A stretch of DNA of 64,000 nucleotides from Lama glama (lineage: Eukaryota), in contig CM052817.1 in NCBI GenBank assembly GCA_028534125.1, positions 48,858,001 to 48,922,000 of the forward strand. The letters are read 5' to 3'. The stretch's first letter is position 1. Every line of letters begins with the position of its first letter. The notes below the pieces were generated by a model. The model saw nothing but the letters and a program-made list of their open reading frames with translations, was not told the DNA's origin and searched no databases. Shown piece after piece: positions 37,801-51,200 of this stretch. The position numbers and the translations under genes were made by a program.

Positions 37801-40800
37801 TAAATGGTCAAGAACATATTGCCTTCAATAACTGCCATTTGATTAAAGCAATCCATATGCATCATAGAATATTTGGAAAAAACAGAAATAGACAAGGAAC
37901 AAATAGAATCACCCACAGTTTCACCACTCACATTATCATGTATTGGCATCCACTTATGTGTGTGTGTGTCTGTATATGCATATGTGTTTAAAGAAAACGG
38001 TTTTGTTGTACATGCATGGGGTTTTGTTTCCTCATATGATTTAATAAGAGACTATGTTGAATATGAGTTAAAAAACAATAACTATGATTTAAGAAGAGGT
38101 GTATTTCATGCAGCAGTTCTTAATCCTGGCTAAGACTCAAAATCACTGATTGAACATTTTAACAGATAATCATATTTGCGGTCTGCTCATGGGGTTTTGA
38201 TTCATTAGGTGTGGGCAGGATCCAGATATTTGTAATTTTCGAGATCGTCACCAGAGATTCTAATGCAAAGCTAGGGTGGGGAGCCACTGGTTTAGTGGTT
38301 AAAGGAGGGGTGAGGAATTACATTCCAACTCAGCTGTTTATTTGCATCAGGATTGGGAGCTTAATCTCATTAACACTGGCTTCTTCATCCTTAAAATTAA
38401 GGCATTCCACTTGTCGGGTATCTAACTCTGTAAATGCTGTGGCATAGAATGAGATAATGTCTAGAGGTAACTTTTGTTTTGTAATAGGAATGGACAAAAT
38501 TACATAATTATGATCATACCAGAGCCAAGTGGTGTAACTTTTTATGAAATGGTCAATATTCGCTGGTGAGTGATATAATTTATCTATATTCCTATATCTT
38601 TGAATCCAGGATATTATAAAATTGTTTAGCCTGATCTTGAGAGGCTTTTCCATATTACTTTAATAATTCATTTAAAAAGATTCTCTTATTAAATGGAAAT
38701 CACCACCATTTGGAGTTAAACTGAAAATATATAAAAACCTGGGAATGTTTTGAGCAGAATTTCATAACTCTCTCTACATCATATCATATTTTATCAGTTT
38801 AATGCATCTTTCCCTGAAACAAAGTTTAGAGTTGGGCAAAGTTAGCTCATAGCATTTTTCTAGTTTTTCCCAAATGCCAAAATGCCAGAGCTTTAGGTGC
38901 AGAGAGGACAGAACCTCAGGCTTAGTGAGCTCCTTAATTCCCAACCCAGTAATGTCCTGGAAACTCTGGGGTCCTGGAGATTCTCAGCTGGCCTTCCTTT
39001 GGGAGCTATTAAGTGAGCCTAAGATTAACAAATTGATGCCAGCCCAGCAATGGTAGTATCCAGACAGTGATAGCATTGTGTGGGTTTTATAGCCCTGCTA
39101 TAGGGGTCAAGGCTACAAATGTAAAAGAAAGCATTCCATGGAGAGTGTAGGCAACCATCTCTCTACAGGGGCGATGGTATTCCTTTCATTTACCTGTGCT
39201 GGCTCTTGAGGCATTCTGAAGGTGAACACAGAGGGCATAACCTGCCAAAAAAGGAATGGTAAAAAGTTATACTTGACTTTTTAATCTAAAATTCCAGAGC
39301 TGTTTTCTTCAGACCTAGTCATATAAATATATAATCTGCAGACTTTGATGATGACAAAAGGTCATCTATTACATGTACCATCATTAATGCTAATTCTGTT
39401 TTTTTTTAAAGATGCAAGTTTCCTAATTTTCTTTTCCAAAGCATGCTTTAACACTTTTGATTCATGGCTGTGACCTAGAAGAGCTGATTTACATGGCATT
39501 TTTTCATGTCAGAAATCAGAAAGATGAGGAAGTACTTCCAGTGATGGTAGAAACATATTATGAGAAAGAATTCTTGCTCAGTAACTCCTGTCTTATTGCA
39601 AAGCTGATTCATATTCATTTTTCACATTCAATGTGCATTATCTCTCCTCGGGGTAACGAGATGGAAGAGGCCCGACTTACCTCATTAGGGCCCTGTTGGG
39701 TCTGTGGTGGTGTCTGAGGCTGTGAGGGGTCCAGCTGTCCTGCCTGGGTTCCTGGAGCGAAAATGACCTGTCCTGGGAAGGGTATCTGATTCGGGAACAG
39801 TCCAGCAAACCGGTCTAGAGTTGATAATGAGAATTGGGAGAGTCCTGGAATTGGAGCCTGCTGCTGCTGTTGCAGTGTCTCGGGGAAAGGAGGGATCCAG
39901 GAATTAAACGGGCTCTGAGAGGACACAAAAGAAAGAAAGGAAGCACTTCTCTTTCATTTCAAAAAGAATTTAAAATCAGTCTTGAGCAAGAAAGAAACAG
40001 AACCTAAATAATATCTATATTTCCATTGCTACATTATAAAAAAGGACAGCATCTTGGCACATTATGAGCCAGCAAATAGCATGAACAATGCTGAATCCCC
40101 AGTGGACATGATGAAGAATATGGAGCAGAATCAGGTGGATAAAGGGTGCAGTTTTTGTAGTTGCCAGATTGGTGTCAAATCTTTTTTTTTTTTTAAACCA
40201 GTTAGCTGAGTATGACTTTGTGTAAACTGGTAAATTTAACTATCTCATAGTTGTGAGAGTCTGTGCCTGGCATATACGAAGTTCTCAATAAATAAATGTT
40301 AATCAGATGATAATTTTTACTTTAGTCTTTAAACAGATGGTAATGCAAATATATAGAACAAACTCATAGATTTAAAAATTGAGATTTCAGAAATGGAATC
40401 AGAAAACACTCTGCTCTCATACCAGGTACCATAAGAAATGAGCAGGAGAAAAATATTCTTGAAATAATTATTGAGGTTGGGGTACCTGAAGCTGTAGTGG
40501 CTGAAGCTGAGCATTATTAAGATTCAGTAGTAACTAGAAAAGGAAGAAAAATATGAAAACAAGATTACTACACATGCTGAAATGATTAAGAACAATGTTT
40601 GCTACAAACATCACACAAGTCAGAGCTGGCTGGGCATAGTTTCCTGTTGGAGGTGAGATGTTTTCTCCCTAAGCTTATACTGTGATTAGAGGTTAGGCTT
40701 TAACTACCTCTCCCCTGCTGTATGTGAGATTGCACAACTTTAGCTCATGCCAGTGGTTTAGTTAGTCATTTGAACTTTTGAACTCCTATATATCCCATAT

Positions 40801-41256
40801 TGATGCTATTAGAGCTAAAAGATATGCAAGACTCTGTCTCTGCCTTTAAGAAACTTGCAATCCAACAAGGGAGGCAAAATAATATTCTAGAAATAACCTG
40901 GTGTACAAAACAAACATGATGACTGGAAATGCATTTAGATATAAGGGCTGGTGGGCAGAACTGAAATATAAATCAGTGGAAGGCTTTTATCTCATCCCCA
41001 CTGGGCTTTCATAAAACAAACAAACAAAAAACCAGGGGTCATTGTTTTAAGTATTTATACTAACCTCATTGCTGTTGCTTGCAGACATAAGACGCTGTGG
41101 GATAAGCTAAAAAACCAAAGAAACAAACAAAACCCAGAAATGGTAAAAGAGTGATTTGCCATGGGTTTTACACAATGACTTCAGTTTTACCATGAAATCA
41201 CTTACCGGGGCTGACATTGTGGCTCCCAGTATCCCAAGAAGAATTATAGTTTTCAT
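34772..41256 (-). CDS. ODAM: Odontogenic ameloblast-associated protein, 278 aa; complement(join(34772..34801,35030..35188,35609..35680,36483..36530,37294..37398,39194..39241,39681..39914,40486..40533,41065..41106,41206..41256))
   Basis: [57 protein letters not shown]...[38 protein letters not shown]...|[32 protein letters not shown]...|[18 protein letters not shown]...|AKTDNLKEP*. Ten GT-AG phase-0 coding exons, no stops or frameshifts. Confidence 0.97.
35030..35188 (-). CDS. ODAM: ODAM exon 10 (159 nt)
   Basis: ctatag|CCA ... AAG|gtaatc. Confidence 0.93.
35609..35680 (-). CDS. ODAM: ODAM exon 9 (72 nt)
   Basis: tttcag|GTT ... ATG|gtatgt. Confidence 0.93.
35872..36408 (+). mobile_element. 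Probable solo LTR (ERVL-type) in ODAM intron 8
   Basis: About 540-bp GC-richer block starting TG and ending ...gaagggcactgaCA. Confidence 0.6.
36483..36530 (-). CDS. ODAM: ODAM exon 8 (48 nt)
   Basis: tgacag|ATG CCA ... CCT|gtaagt. Confidence 0.93.
37294..37398 (-). CDS. ODAM: ODAM exon 7 (105 nt)
   Basis: aaacag|ATG TTT ... CAG|gtattt. Confidence 0.93.
38111..38289. mobile_element. MER5-like hAT-Charlie element
   Basis: Ends cagcagttcttaa ... gggagccactg, about 180 bp, internal 'gattctaatgca'. Confidence 0.7.
39194..39241 (-). CDS. ODAM: ODAM exon 6 (48 nt)
   Basis: tggcag|GTT ATG ... CAG|gtaaat. Confidence 0.93.
39681..39914 (-). CDS. ODAM: ODAM exon 5 (234 nt)
   Basis: tctcag|AGC CCG ... 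GAG|gtaagt. Confidence 0.95.
40486..40533 (-). CDS. ODAM: ODAM exon 4 (48 nt)
   Basis: ttctag|TTA ... CAG|gtaccc. Confidence 0.92.
41065..41106 (-). CDS. ODAM: ODAM exon 3 (42 nt, ends in S-x-E motif SNE)
   Basis: ttttag|CTT ... GAG|gttagt. Confidence 0.93.
41206..41256 (-). CDS. ODAM: ODAM exon 2 coding part, signal peptide (exon 41206..41271)
   Basis: ttttag|ATATTTCATCTGAAA ATG AAA ... CCG|gtaagt. Confidence 0.94.
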
Positions 41257-42032
41257 TTTCAGATGAAATATCTAAAAAATAAGTTGTGAAATTTAGCTTT
41301 AAAAAGATTGTCTACGTAAAAATCATGATAACAATAATTAGTTGGTATTGTTCAATCAGAAGAGTAGTTGAGTGAATTCTACAGTATTTACTTACATACT
41401 AGGATTTTAAAATAAAAAAGGCACATTTATAAATATAAATAAATATCACTCATTCTTTTTCTCAGAGCAGCTGTTTATAAAAACCAGAGTTGTTTGCTTG
41501 TCCTTTCAGCTTGCCCAAATGACTCATTTGGTGGCACGTGATGTAGTTAAATGAACTTATGAACAAGATGGTCTCATCCCCTGTGCTGTTTGTTCTACAC
41601 TGAAGGGAGTGGGTCCTTTGGCCCATGGGAAGCCCATGACTGGGATCAATGAACTAGATCCTTATTATAAAAGCAATTTTAATGTCTATTTAATGTAGTA
41701 GTAAAAAAACTACAGTAAAGATCTGACAATAGCAGTTCAGTACCACACAGTTTCTAGTTAAAAGTCTAATAACATTAAAACATATTAAAACTAAGCAACT
41801 GAATCAATATTTTACTAGTTCAGGGAAAGAGGTTATAAAATTAAGCTGTAATATTTATTTATAGTGCAACTCATAGGATTATGTCATCTCTTGTCCTCCA
41901 GATGTGAAAATGCCTGGCCTAGTTCAAATCAGTGACCTACACAAGCATTGAGGGTGACCTTGGGTAGTTTATCCTGCGGAGTTGACTGACTTGTGTTCTT
42001 AAAATTATGAAAGCAAAGATTTGGTATCTTAC

Positions 42033-42100
42033 CTCCCTCCTTTACCTTTGAAGAGAAATCTAGACTCATTCGAGGTCTGTGTCCTTTTTGTCTTTCAGCT
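42033..42100 (-). other. ODAM: ODAM exon 1 (5' end approximate); TATA-like TTTAAAA at 42125-42131
   Basis: Donor GAG|gtaaga at 42033 (alternative AAG|gtaaag at 42046); TATA-like element about 30 nt upstream. Confidence 0.7.
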
Positions 42101-44759
42101 CTGCTGTTTGGAGCTTGTCTTAGATTTTAAAACCCCATCTTTAGAAAAGGAGGACCAATCATTTTTCAAAGGGACCAGTGATTCAGTGGGTTTCAGACAA
42201 TGGCTTAGCTAACAACCCCTTTCCTAATCATCTAGGTGGTATATGGATTCCCACAATTTCAGTAATGTCGTTAAATTACCCTCTGAGGATCGTTTCCCTG
42301 TGGTCACTCCTGGCTTCTGCTTTGGTTATGACTAACTCCTCTAGAATAATTTTGCTCTACTCCTTCTTTTACCATCCTTAAAATTGATACCCTAATAGAG
42401 TAACTTTAAAAGACTTTATTCAAATATTAATGGGTGATTATTTTTACTTCAAGAGCAAAACACAAAATTATTAGACATAAGGCATGTCTAAAAGATAAAA
42501 ATTCAAAACCTAGTTAGGGGCAGTAAAGATTCTTTAGTTCTTCCATGCTGGACTGAGTAAATATGAACTGATTTCATTTAGATTCAACCCTAAAAACACC
42601 GATATATCACCTTCTTCCTGTAGAATAAAATTCTAAAAAGTTGTTAAATTTCTATATGTCTTTGACATGTATGTCTCCATGTGATTATGTGGCTTGAAAA
42701 AAATAATTTAACAAATATGAAGCATGATGGGCCAGATTTTAAAGATGATGGAGAGTGAATGTTTCATGTTTTAAAAAATCCTCTTTTGCCAAAATATGAT
42801 TTTGGCATTCAAAATACAAGTCGGTATTACTATCTGCACGTCACTGTTATTTAAATTCTCTTCATCAAGTCAGTTTTGTGTTTGTCCTGTTTTCCTTTGT
42901 TATTAGCATTGACCCCACTCTAATAAATGTCTAATCACAACTGTTGTGACAAGGTATTAGCGCTGAATTCCCACTGTGAAGAGTCCTTTGGCTAATTAAT
43001 CTTGAATAAGTAATGGTGGCTTTATCACGCAGGAAAGCAAAGTTACTGCCTTTTGATGAATTTGTCTTTTTTAGTAGAATGAGACGCTTAGAATTTGCAT
43101 GGCTCATCAATACTGAAGTGATTATACCATTTGTTATCTGGTCAAAAAAACCACAGAAACAAAAAAGTAGTTAAGATAACAAGACCCTTCTCTTTACTAC
43201 AGCAGAGAAGCTACCATGAGGACGATATATCTGTTAGAAAGGTACCTTCCCAAGATTTAGAAGAGTTGTCTCTCTAGATTCGTAAAGTAGATCACCCCAG
43301 ATGTTGATGCAGATTTTACTAGAGCTAGGTGGTTAATCTAACCAGTTATTGCCTGGAAAATCCAGTAGGTTAGTTGAGTGGGTGAACTAGGTAGATGGCT
43401 CAGAATTGCCTGATGCTGTATATACAAGGATTGACCTTGTTTTAGTCTAAATATTGTCAAATTAGGTTTAGTACATCATAAGCTCTCAGTCTTCTGAGAT
43501 TTCTTATTGCATTGTCCAGGGTCTTAGACAACTAACCCCCTGAGTGAGCCAGAAAGTTGTCACGGCCAACCACTGAAAACGTTAAGATCTGTACTACAGA
43601 GCTCAAATAGAGTCGATGTGGAAATTACTCTGAAAATGAACCGTTTCACCTAGCTGCATTCCTCAAATCTGAAGGCAGTTCGAAGGAGATTTCCATCCTT
43701 GTTTCCTTTTTGCTTTTATTTTCCATTTCTTAAATATTCTTAAGAAGAGCAATTGGAACTGAAGTGGAAAAAAAAAGTAGGCTACCCTTTTCTATCTGAT
43801 AGCATCCAATTCCCTGTGTCACTGGAGGCCAAGGTATCTCTGAGTAGAAAGGAGCATAGCAAGGGGCTCTAGTTTAAGTCTTTTCACATCATAGTGTGAA
43901 TATTGTCTGTGTCTCAACTGTGTTGAACTTATTTTTCTATCCCATGTCAGTCACCCAGTAGATAGTCCACTGACGTTTGTTAAATAAATGGATTCCTTCA
44001 TTCAGGGGAGAAAAAAAAGGTGACTGAGCAATGTCAGCCTGCATGGATTAAGGTGCTGGGACATTAAGCAGAGGAATCTTAAAGATGAGAAAATTCTGAA
44101 CCAGATATTGTCATTGGCTTTGTTATTTTGTTTTAGTTCAATTACCATGACACCAGACACCCCTTTATTCAAATAAAAGCACAAAACAGATATCAATGCC
44201 AAGTACATATAACTGTTGGATTATGTACCCTTGAAATTATCCATGTCTTTGCTCTGTTCCAGTAATATAAATAATGAAGCAGCAACAAGAATGGCTTATA
44301 ACTTAGTCCTTGCAAAATGTTACCTCTGCTTGCTTTTTGTTCAGCTAACCTGAAAATTGATTAGGAGGCTCACAGAGAACCATTGTGAAGTAGATTCTGT
44401 ACACCAAGAGAGCTGACTTTGAATTTTCACACTGTTTATAATAAAAATAAATTGCTTGCTTGTGAATTATACTTTCCCAGGAACTTCTAATTACGTACCA
44501 AGGTAGGCAGGATGCATATATCACTGCCACGTTTCAGTGAGAAACCTGAGGTCACAGAAGGTTGGTGACCTCATCCATTCAATTATTCATACAACAGATA
44601 CTTACTGTGCACCATCTATAGTCCATGTCCTTGGTGGACACTGAGAAATTAGTGTTAGTAAAACAGACATGGTTTCTGACTTCATAGAAATGACTTTTTT
44701 TCACCACTGTCAAAAGATCGCCAGAATTGTGGCTAGTATGCATGTATTTTGATTATTTT

Positions 44760-44935
44760 TTTAATTTTATTTTTTAGTTAAAAAATTGTTTTTTCTTTTT
44801 TGGAGGGGTAATTGTGTTTATTTATTTATTTACTCATTTATGTAGTTTTTTTTTTTTTAATGGAGGTACTAGGGATTGAACCCAGGACCTTGTGCATGCT
44901 AAGCAGGCACTTTACCACTGAGCTATAACCTCCCT
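44760..44935 (-). mobile_element. tRNA-derived camelid SINE (Vic-1-like)
   Basis: Reverse strand TAGCTCAGTGG...GGTTCAATCC, (TAAA)n tail; homologous to the 14570 copy. Confidence 0.85.
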
Positions 44936-46539
44936 CAACCAAATTTATTTTATTATTATTATTGGTTCTTAATCAAGTAGCCTGTCTAAAGCACCAAGCT
45001 GCCTAACCAGAGAAGAGAGACTAGCACAATTCCAAGGATAATTAACAGATAAAAATAATAAATGATGAAAGTGAATATTTTAATATATTGTTGAGTTTGA
45101 ACAATGCATCTCATCTCAGTGAAGGTAATAGGTTTTGTGACTCCAACAATTACTTCATGAGTAGCCTGTGTAGTAAATACAGAGAATAAGCAAGCTCTTA
45201 ATCAAACCTCTTCTGCTACAGAGTGTTTACTTTTAACTTCTATGAGACTTGCTAAAGTGCCCCCTTCTGTTTAATAGTGTATATTACTGGATATTAGTTA
45301 TCACATGTCCACTATGGCTCTGGCTTGATTAAATGAGTCTAATTTTATAATATTTAAGATTTGTAGGTATGTGCATGTGAATTATGACTATAAAGTATAA
45401 TTTCCAGGAGTAGTTTGTTCAGGAATAGAGGTAGTGAGAAAAATAAAGTAATATATAATTCTTCCTTTCCCCAAAGGGAAATAAATAAGTTTCCATTAAA
45501 TAAGTAAATAAACCTGATTCCTCCCCCCCCAATATATATCTTTGCATATTTGATGAGGGTAAGTGTACAAACGGATACCTTACTGCCACAGCGTACGTGA
45601 GTCACAAGTAATTAAAAGATCCACAAGCTCGGGTACTTTTGTTCAACACAAGCAAGGAACAGGGCATAACAATCAACGGAAATGAAAACAAGGTGACAAT
45701 ACAGATATTTTTAATGAAAATGGAAATCACTTTTCAGAAAGGGTTTTGCTCAGAAAGACGTCACATAAGTTTCAGAGTAATTGAGGACCCAGCACACAGC
45801 TGGGCTTGGGCTGCAGGACGGCGCCCGCCTGTGACTCCCTGTGACTCCCTTCAGTGCGGGCCGCAGGGGTGGCAAGGGGAGCTTGCCTTCTCCAGTGCAG
45901 CCTGGCGAGGTCTGGGCAAGACCACACCCACCTCTGAAAGCCACTCCTTTGTCCCCTGACTTGAAATGGTTCCTTTTTCTACTGAACCTCTGTAGTATTT
46001 ATATGTGTTCTGGCTCTTTGTGAATACACATCCCCGTATCTTTCTACTTTTTGGAACTGCAGTCAGAGTTTGGCCCCAATCTGGTTTCTGTCCTATAACT
46101 TTCCAGAAATGAACACATCTATTTTAATTAAAATCTTAGAGTTCTAGGAGCTTGATTTAAGCTTAGTGTCTTTGCCTGACTGCTTGCTTTCTCCTCAGAC
46201 ATCTCGCCAAGCCCCTGCTGTGGTCATTCACTCTTCTGAGTGTCCCATCAAGGGAGCCTAGTAGCCCCGGCCCGTCTGCCTTAGTTCTCCCCCAGAATTC
46301 TGCAGATTGTCTTGTTTTCCATTCCTTTACAATAAAACTTTACCTCCTTCTCAAGATTGTATGCTTTCTGATAGCAGTGATGTTTCATCGCTCAAAATAT
46401 TTGCGACCTTGTCTTCCTTCTCTTTTTTGCTTGCCTTCTTCCATCCAGTTACTCTTTTTCTTCATTTACCTCCCACTCCAGTTCTTCTTTCCTTCCACCT
46501 ATCAAGCCCTCAATGATCTGACCCTTGTTTTGTTCTCTC

Positions 46540-47012
46540 ACTTCGCTGTTTCTCACTCTGGTCCTTGTTCACCAAGCTCCAGCCATGCCAGCTTTCTTTC
46601 TGAATATTGAACATGTTGAATTGATTCCTGCCCTGAGGCCTTTGTATCTGTTCCCTGTTCCTGGAATGAGCTCTCTATGGTCACTAACGGGCTGACCCCT
46701 TCTCATTGTTCATTTTAGGACTCACCCTCAAAAGGGTGTTCCCAGACCATTACCCGGTCTGGAGCAGCAACTCATGTCATATCACCCTATTGAAATTCTC
46801 TGCAAAGCAGGTGTCCCTGTCTCCTAACTGATCTATTTGTTTTATTCTTTAGTTATTTATTCTTTTTAGTGTTATTCATAAACATTTGTTTTATAGTGAC
46901 CTTCCATCACTAGAATATAGCTTCATTAGAGCAGAAACTGTTTTGTTCACTTCATCCTCAGTCCCTGGAAGGGTGTCTGACCCATAACAGGTATTCAGAT
47001 ATTTGTTGAACA
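46540..47012. mobile_element. L2 3' fragment
   Basis: 'ggcctttgtatctgttccctgttcctggaatg...ctagaatatagcttcattagagcag...atatttgttgaa'. Confidence 0.7.
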
Positions 47013-47809
47013 ACTGCATGATGATTGTTCTGACTCAGAAATTCCAAGGACAACTTTTACATAGTGAGATTCAATGTTTCCCACAGCACTAACAAATATT
47101 AAAAGTAATTGAAGTGCTTGATAGCATTATATTGTTTGCTACAATTATGCTTATTTCTAGAAACTCATTCTGTTGTATAGGAGTATTATGATACAATAAA
47201 ATTGTTAATGCAATGTCTTCTGTATTCCAAACAAAAAAGTATACATCTAGCTTGGTTTAAGTCTCTGTGACCTCATTTCTGGTGAACTTACTAACATGAA
47301 GAATTTGGTAGAAAGGAGCGGTCTTTTGCAATTATGTGTTTCTCTGTTTATAATGCCTTAATCCACATCTTGGAAGTTTTAGAAATGTCTACATTTTTTT
47401 CGGCTTGCTGTTTGGACAATGAAAGGGGAACTTATTTTTTTGTGGTTTGGAAAATAAGGCTAAGTATCAAGTCTGATTATGGAGTCAAGGACTGAAATGG
47501 GAGCTAGATTGGCAGACAGAAGGATCAGAAATAGGAAAAAAAATCAGTCTGAAGTGTATGAAAATTCATGCTATGAATGGGAACTGTGTGCTGGAAGTCA
47601 CTCAATGTAACGTGTTCAGATTATGTAGACAGATTTGAGTAAAAATACTGCTAGAACCTAGTTTGTCATCCTGCTTCACTTTGGGAATAATTCTTTCCAG
47701 GTTACTGGTGTTGGTCAGTTGGTCACTCATATTCACACTATCCTGTCCTCTGAAAAATGGGAAAAAAGTCACCTTCAGTTTCTAACTTTTTTCCCCAGAA
47801 TTTTGCATT

Positions 47810-48145
47810 AGTCTATGCAGTGGATGCTGCAATACTCCAGCCAGAGCCCCATTCGGGAACAAAGGACTTTTCACCCCAGCTGTTGGCAGTGAAGCCCCCC
47901 TCCCTCCCTCAGGGGTATTGTCCCTTCCCAGGCTGGCAAACAGCATCTAACCAATCTGCTAAAGGCCGTCCTAGCTCCAGAATCCCCTGTGGGGTTGAGA
48001 CACAGCCGGCTGACTTCTGTCTCCTTTGGCCTCTTCCTGCTTCCTTCCCCTCCATTCCATGGGCGTTAATGCCAAGGTCCCCTCATAAATTTCCTACACG
48101 TTAGTTTCCACCTCAGTCTGCTTCCTGGGGATCTCAACCTGAGAC
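47810..48145 (+). mobile_element. LTR16-like solo LTR (ERVL)
   Basis: Ends 'ctcagtctgcttcctggggatctcaacctgagaCA'. Confidence 0.65.
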
Positions 48146-48276
48146 AGCTACCAAGGCTTTAGTCATGAAAGTATTACCTCTGGGTGACATGTTTTAAAGA
48201 ACTGACCCTAGTTCATTAAGTGTTAATTATTTCTCATCAGTGAGCCAGCTCTGAATCACTGCAGAGAGCAGATTAC

Positions 48277-51200
48277 TTCTGAGAAATAGCCTCTAACTCA
48301 CTAGTCTTGGGAACACATCTCGTTTATCGTGTGTTGAATTGTGAATGCTATTTTTGTGCCTTAGGCCATAGTCTTATATCCAAAACTAGACTTCTCATTA
48401 GACTTGCTACTATTATATATTTTAACAATTTGATGTATATTGAATAAGAACCAATATTATGTTCTATAATAGGTCATAAAATGACTAAACAAGAAAACCC
48501 TAAGGCCCTACATGTAGAGTCCATGTTGGAAAATTATTGCTGGTTATTCTCTTCTCATAGAATGTTTGATAAAACTTGCCTCCCACTACATCATTGCAAA
48601 GCCTTTTTGACCAAGTCTCAGAGAGAGGGAACAGAGATTTCACTAGGGTAAGAAGCCCCTGGCAGTTTTGCAAAGCATACAGCAGAGAGCTTAGCACTAC
48701 ATGCATTTGTGAAGTACCCAGTTAGGACCAGAATAAAACAGGGTTATAGAAATTTAACTTCCCAAAACTCTTAACAAAACCTCTCAGTTTATTGCATTCT
48801 TTACCAGTTTTTAACTTGTCTCCATTTCAAAGAGGGGCTGTGTAAGGATTGAGGTTAAGAACATGGATTCTGGAGTCATTTTGCCTAGCTTTAACTCTGC
48901 TAGCTGCAAGCCTTTGAATTTTAAGCAGATGTTCTTTGAGGCTCAGCTTAGCTTTCTGTAAGATGGGGATAACCTCATAGGGTTGTTGAGTTCATTAATG
49001 CTCTGTTTATATAAAAAGCACCCAATGTTAGTTACATTAAGCATTAGACAATAGGAACCTTGAACATCCCTAGGGCCTGGTATAAGTCTGACACAGAATT
49101 TCAGTTGAATGAATGGAAGAATGAAGTATAATTCACAGAAAGACCTTTTATTACAAAGACTGGCAGTTAGTGCAAGAGAACAAAAGTGAAAAACAAAGAC
49201 CCAGTGTGATGTTAGAAATAGAAGACCCACAGAGCACTTGAGTAGAGGAGGTTCGTGAACCAAAACTAAGGCTATATGTTATCAATCATTCTGTTAATTA
49301 AAAATATGTTTGAAAAAATTCTGAAATATTGATTTCAACATTTCATTAAGCAAAGATCACTTGGTTCTACCAATTCCTCTTTCTCTCAAATTCTAACCTT
49401 TCTTTCAGTCAGTGGTGTGCTGGTTAACCAGATCTCTGACAAAAAACAAAAAGCAAAGCAAAAAATCCCTCATTTCTAGTTTCTCCCAATTTCTGTAGTA
49501 TAAGTACTCCCACCAGGCCTTTTTCAAGTTACCAACTGTTTACCAACTAGCTTCTAAAATTCCTAAATATTAAAGATTGCATCTCGAGGGGCAGTAACAG
49601 TCAGCTATGCCTTTGCATAATGGATAATGTTTTAATCATCCAAATACCAGAGCTTTGTTGCCCTGGCCAGAAGTATTTGACATGATGCATCTCATGTAAG
49701 TGCCCATTCGTGCTGAGGATGTAGGTATTTAGAGATATGTGAAACTAACGTTTGTTTGGTGCCAGATAGAAGGTTCTCAGCTATGTTTTCTGAATACATT
49801 TTTTTCAGTTGATCCTGATAAGAACCTGCAAAATATCATTATCATCAGTATAATTACAAGGAAACTGAGACCCAGAAAGATTAAGTAATTTGCCCAAGGT
49901 GGCATAGTTCATTAGTAATAGAGTCAGAATTGAACCCAAGCCTTTTTCCAAAGTAAATATTTATTTCTAAAGCATTCTTTATGTGTTTGCCCAGGATGAA
50001 GACTCTGGGTAGTTTTTTCCCATGTACTTTTGATTTTGAGATACATTAAACATACATAATGAGCTTATTGATTAAAATTTCCTTCTCACCGTTTGTTAAA
50101 GACTCCCCAGATGTCTTGAATAATATAATCCCTGACATATATTCTGTTATAATCAATATCTCTCAATTTCTGAATCTTTAGATACTTGCCTTAGTTCACA
50201 GAGATACTAAAGCAGACAACTTATTTCTGCTTCAGCAGCCCTTAAGAAGCTCATTCTGACATGAAGAAATATATCCAAGGTTATTGTTCCAATACACAGC
50301 TTAAGAGCCCTCAGCTGAGATTACGAACCATGAAGGTCACCTAATAACAGTGCTTATTGTTCTGGTCACATTTCATTGAAAGAAGTTTGATTTTCTCTAT
50401 TCCTTTTCCAAGAAGCTCTTCCACCTGCAAAAACAAATATTTAAGGCAGCAGAAGCCAAGAACTAAAAAACCAGAGACAACTTTCCTCATCAGGACTGCT
50501 TTCAGAAATGTAGAAACTCTGTGGAAATGCCAATATTGTGTTTTCATAAATTATTTGCTTAACTGGATATTTTAGTAATAATATTTACAAAGAGTTCTAC
50601 TTTCTTTCTGAAATTAAATTCTTGACTGGGTTGGATACCCCATCAAATTTCTGAACGTATGTGCTATTACCTTCCAGAGCATTTTCCTCCTCTTGTATTC
50701 TCTCTTTTTCCATAAATAAATGTATAATATACATGCAAACATTTACTTGCAAACTTTTATAAAGCATCACATTCAGCACTGTTTCTGAATGATGATGTTA
50801 ATTAGAATAACAATCTTGCTTAATAACATGTAGATTGTGCAAGGTATTATACTAAGTGCTTTATTTACACATACCAACCCAACTGTATTAATCATCCTAC
50901 AACCTTGAGCTATAAATATTGATATTCTCATTTTATAGGTAGATAAAATATTGCTCACTGAGATTCTGAAGTCGTCCTGAGGGTATATGATTAGTGAGTT
51001 CCAGGGCCGAGATCTGAACTGAGAGCTATGCAGCTTCAAAATACTCTTCATGACAACCAGACCACACTAAAGCACATAATGTATTAAGCACTTAATCCAT
51101 AACCTTAATGTTTGCAGTTTCATACATGTACACATTTTAAAAGACTCACTTAGTGAATTGAATACTGTTTTGTCATGGGTCTGATGGCTATGAACCTAGT

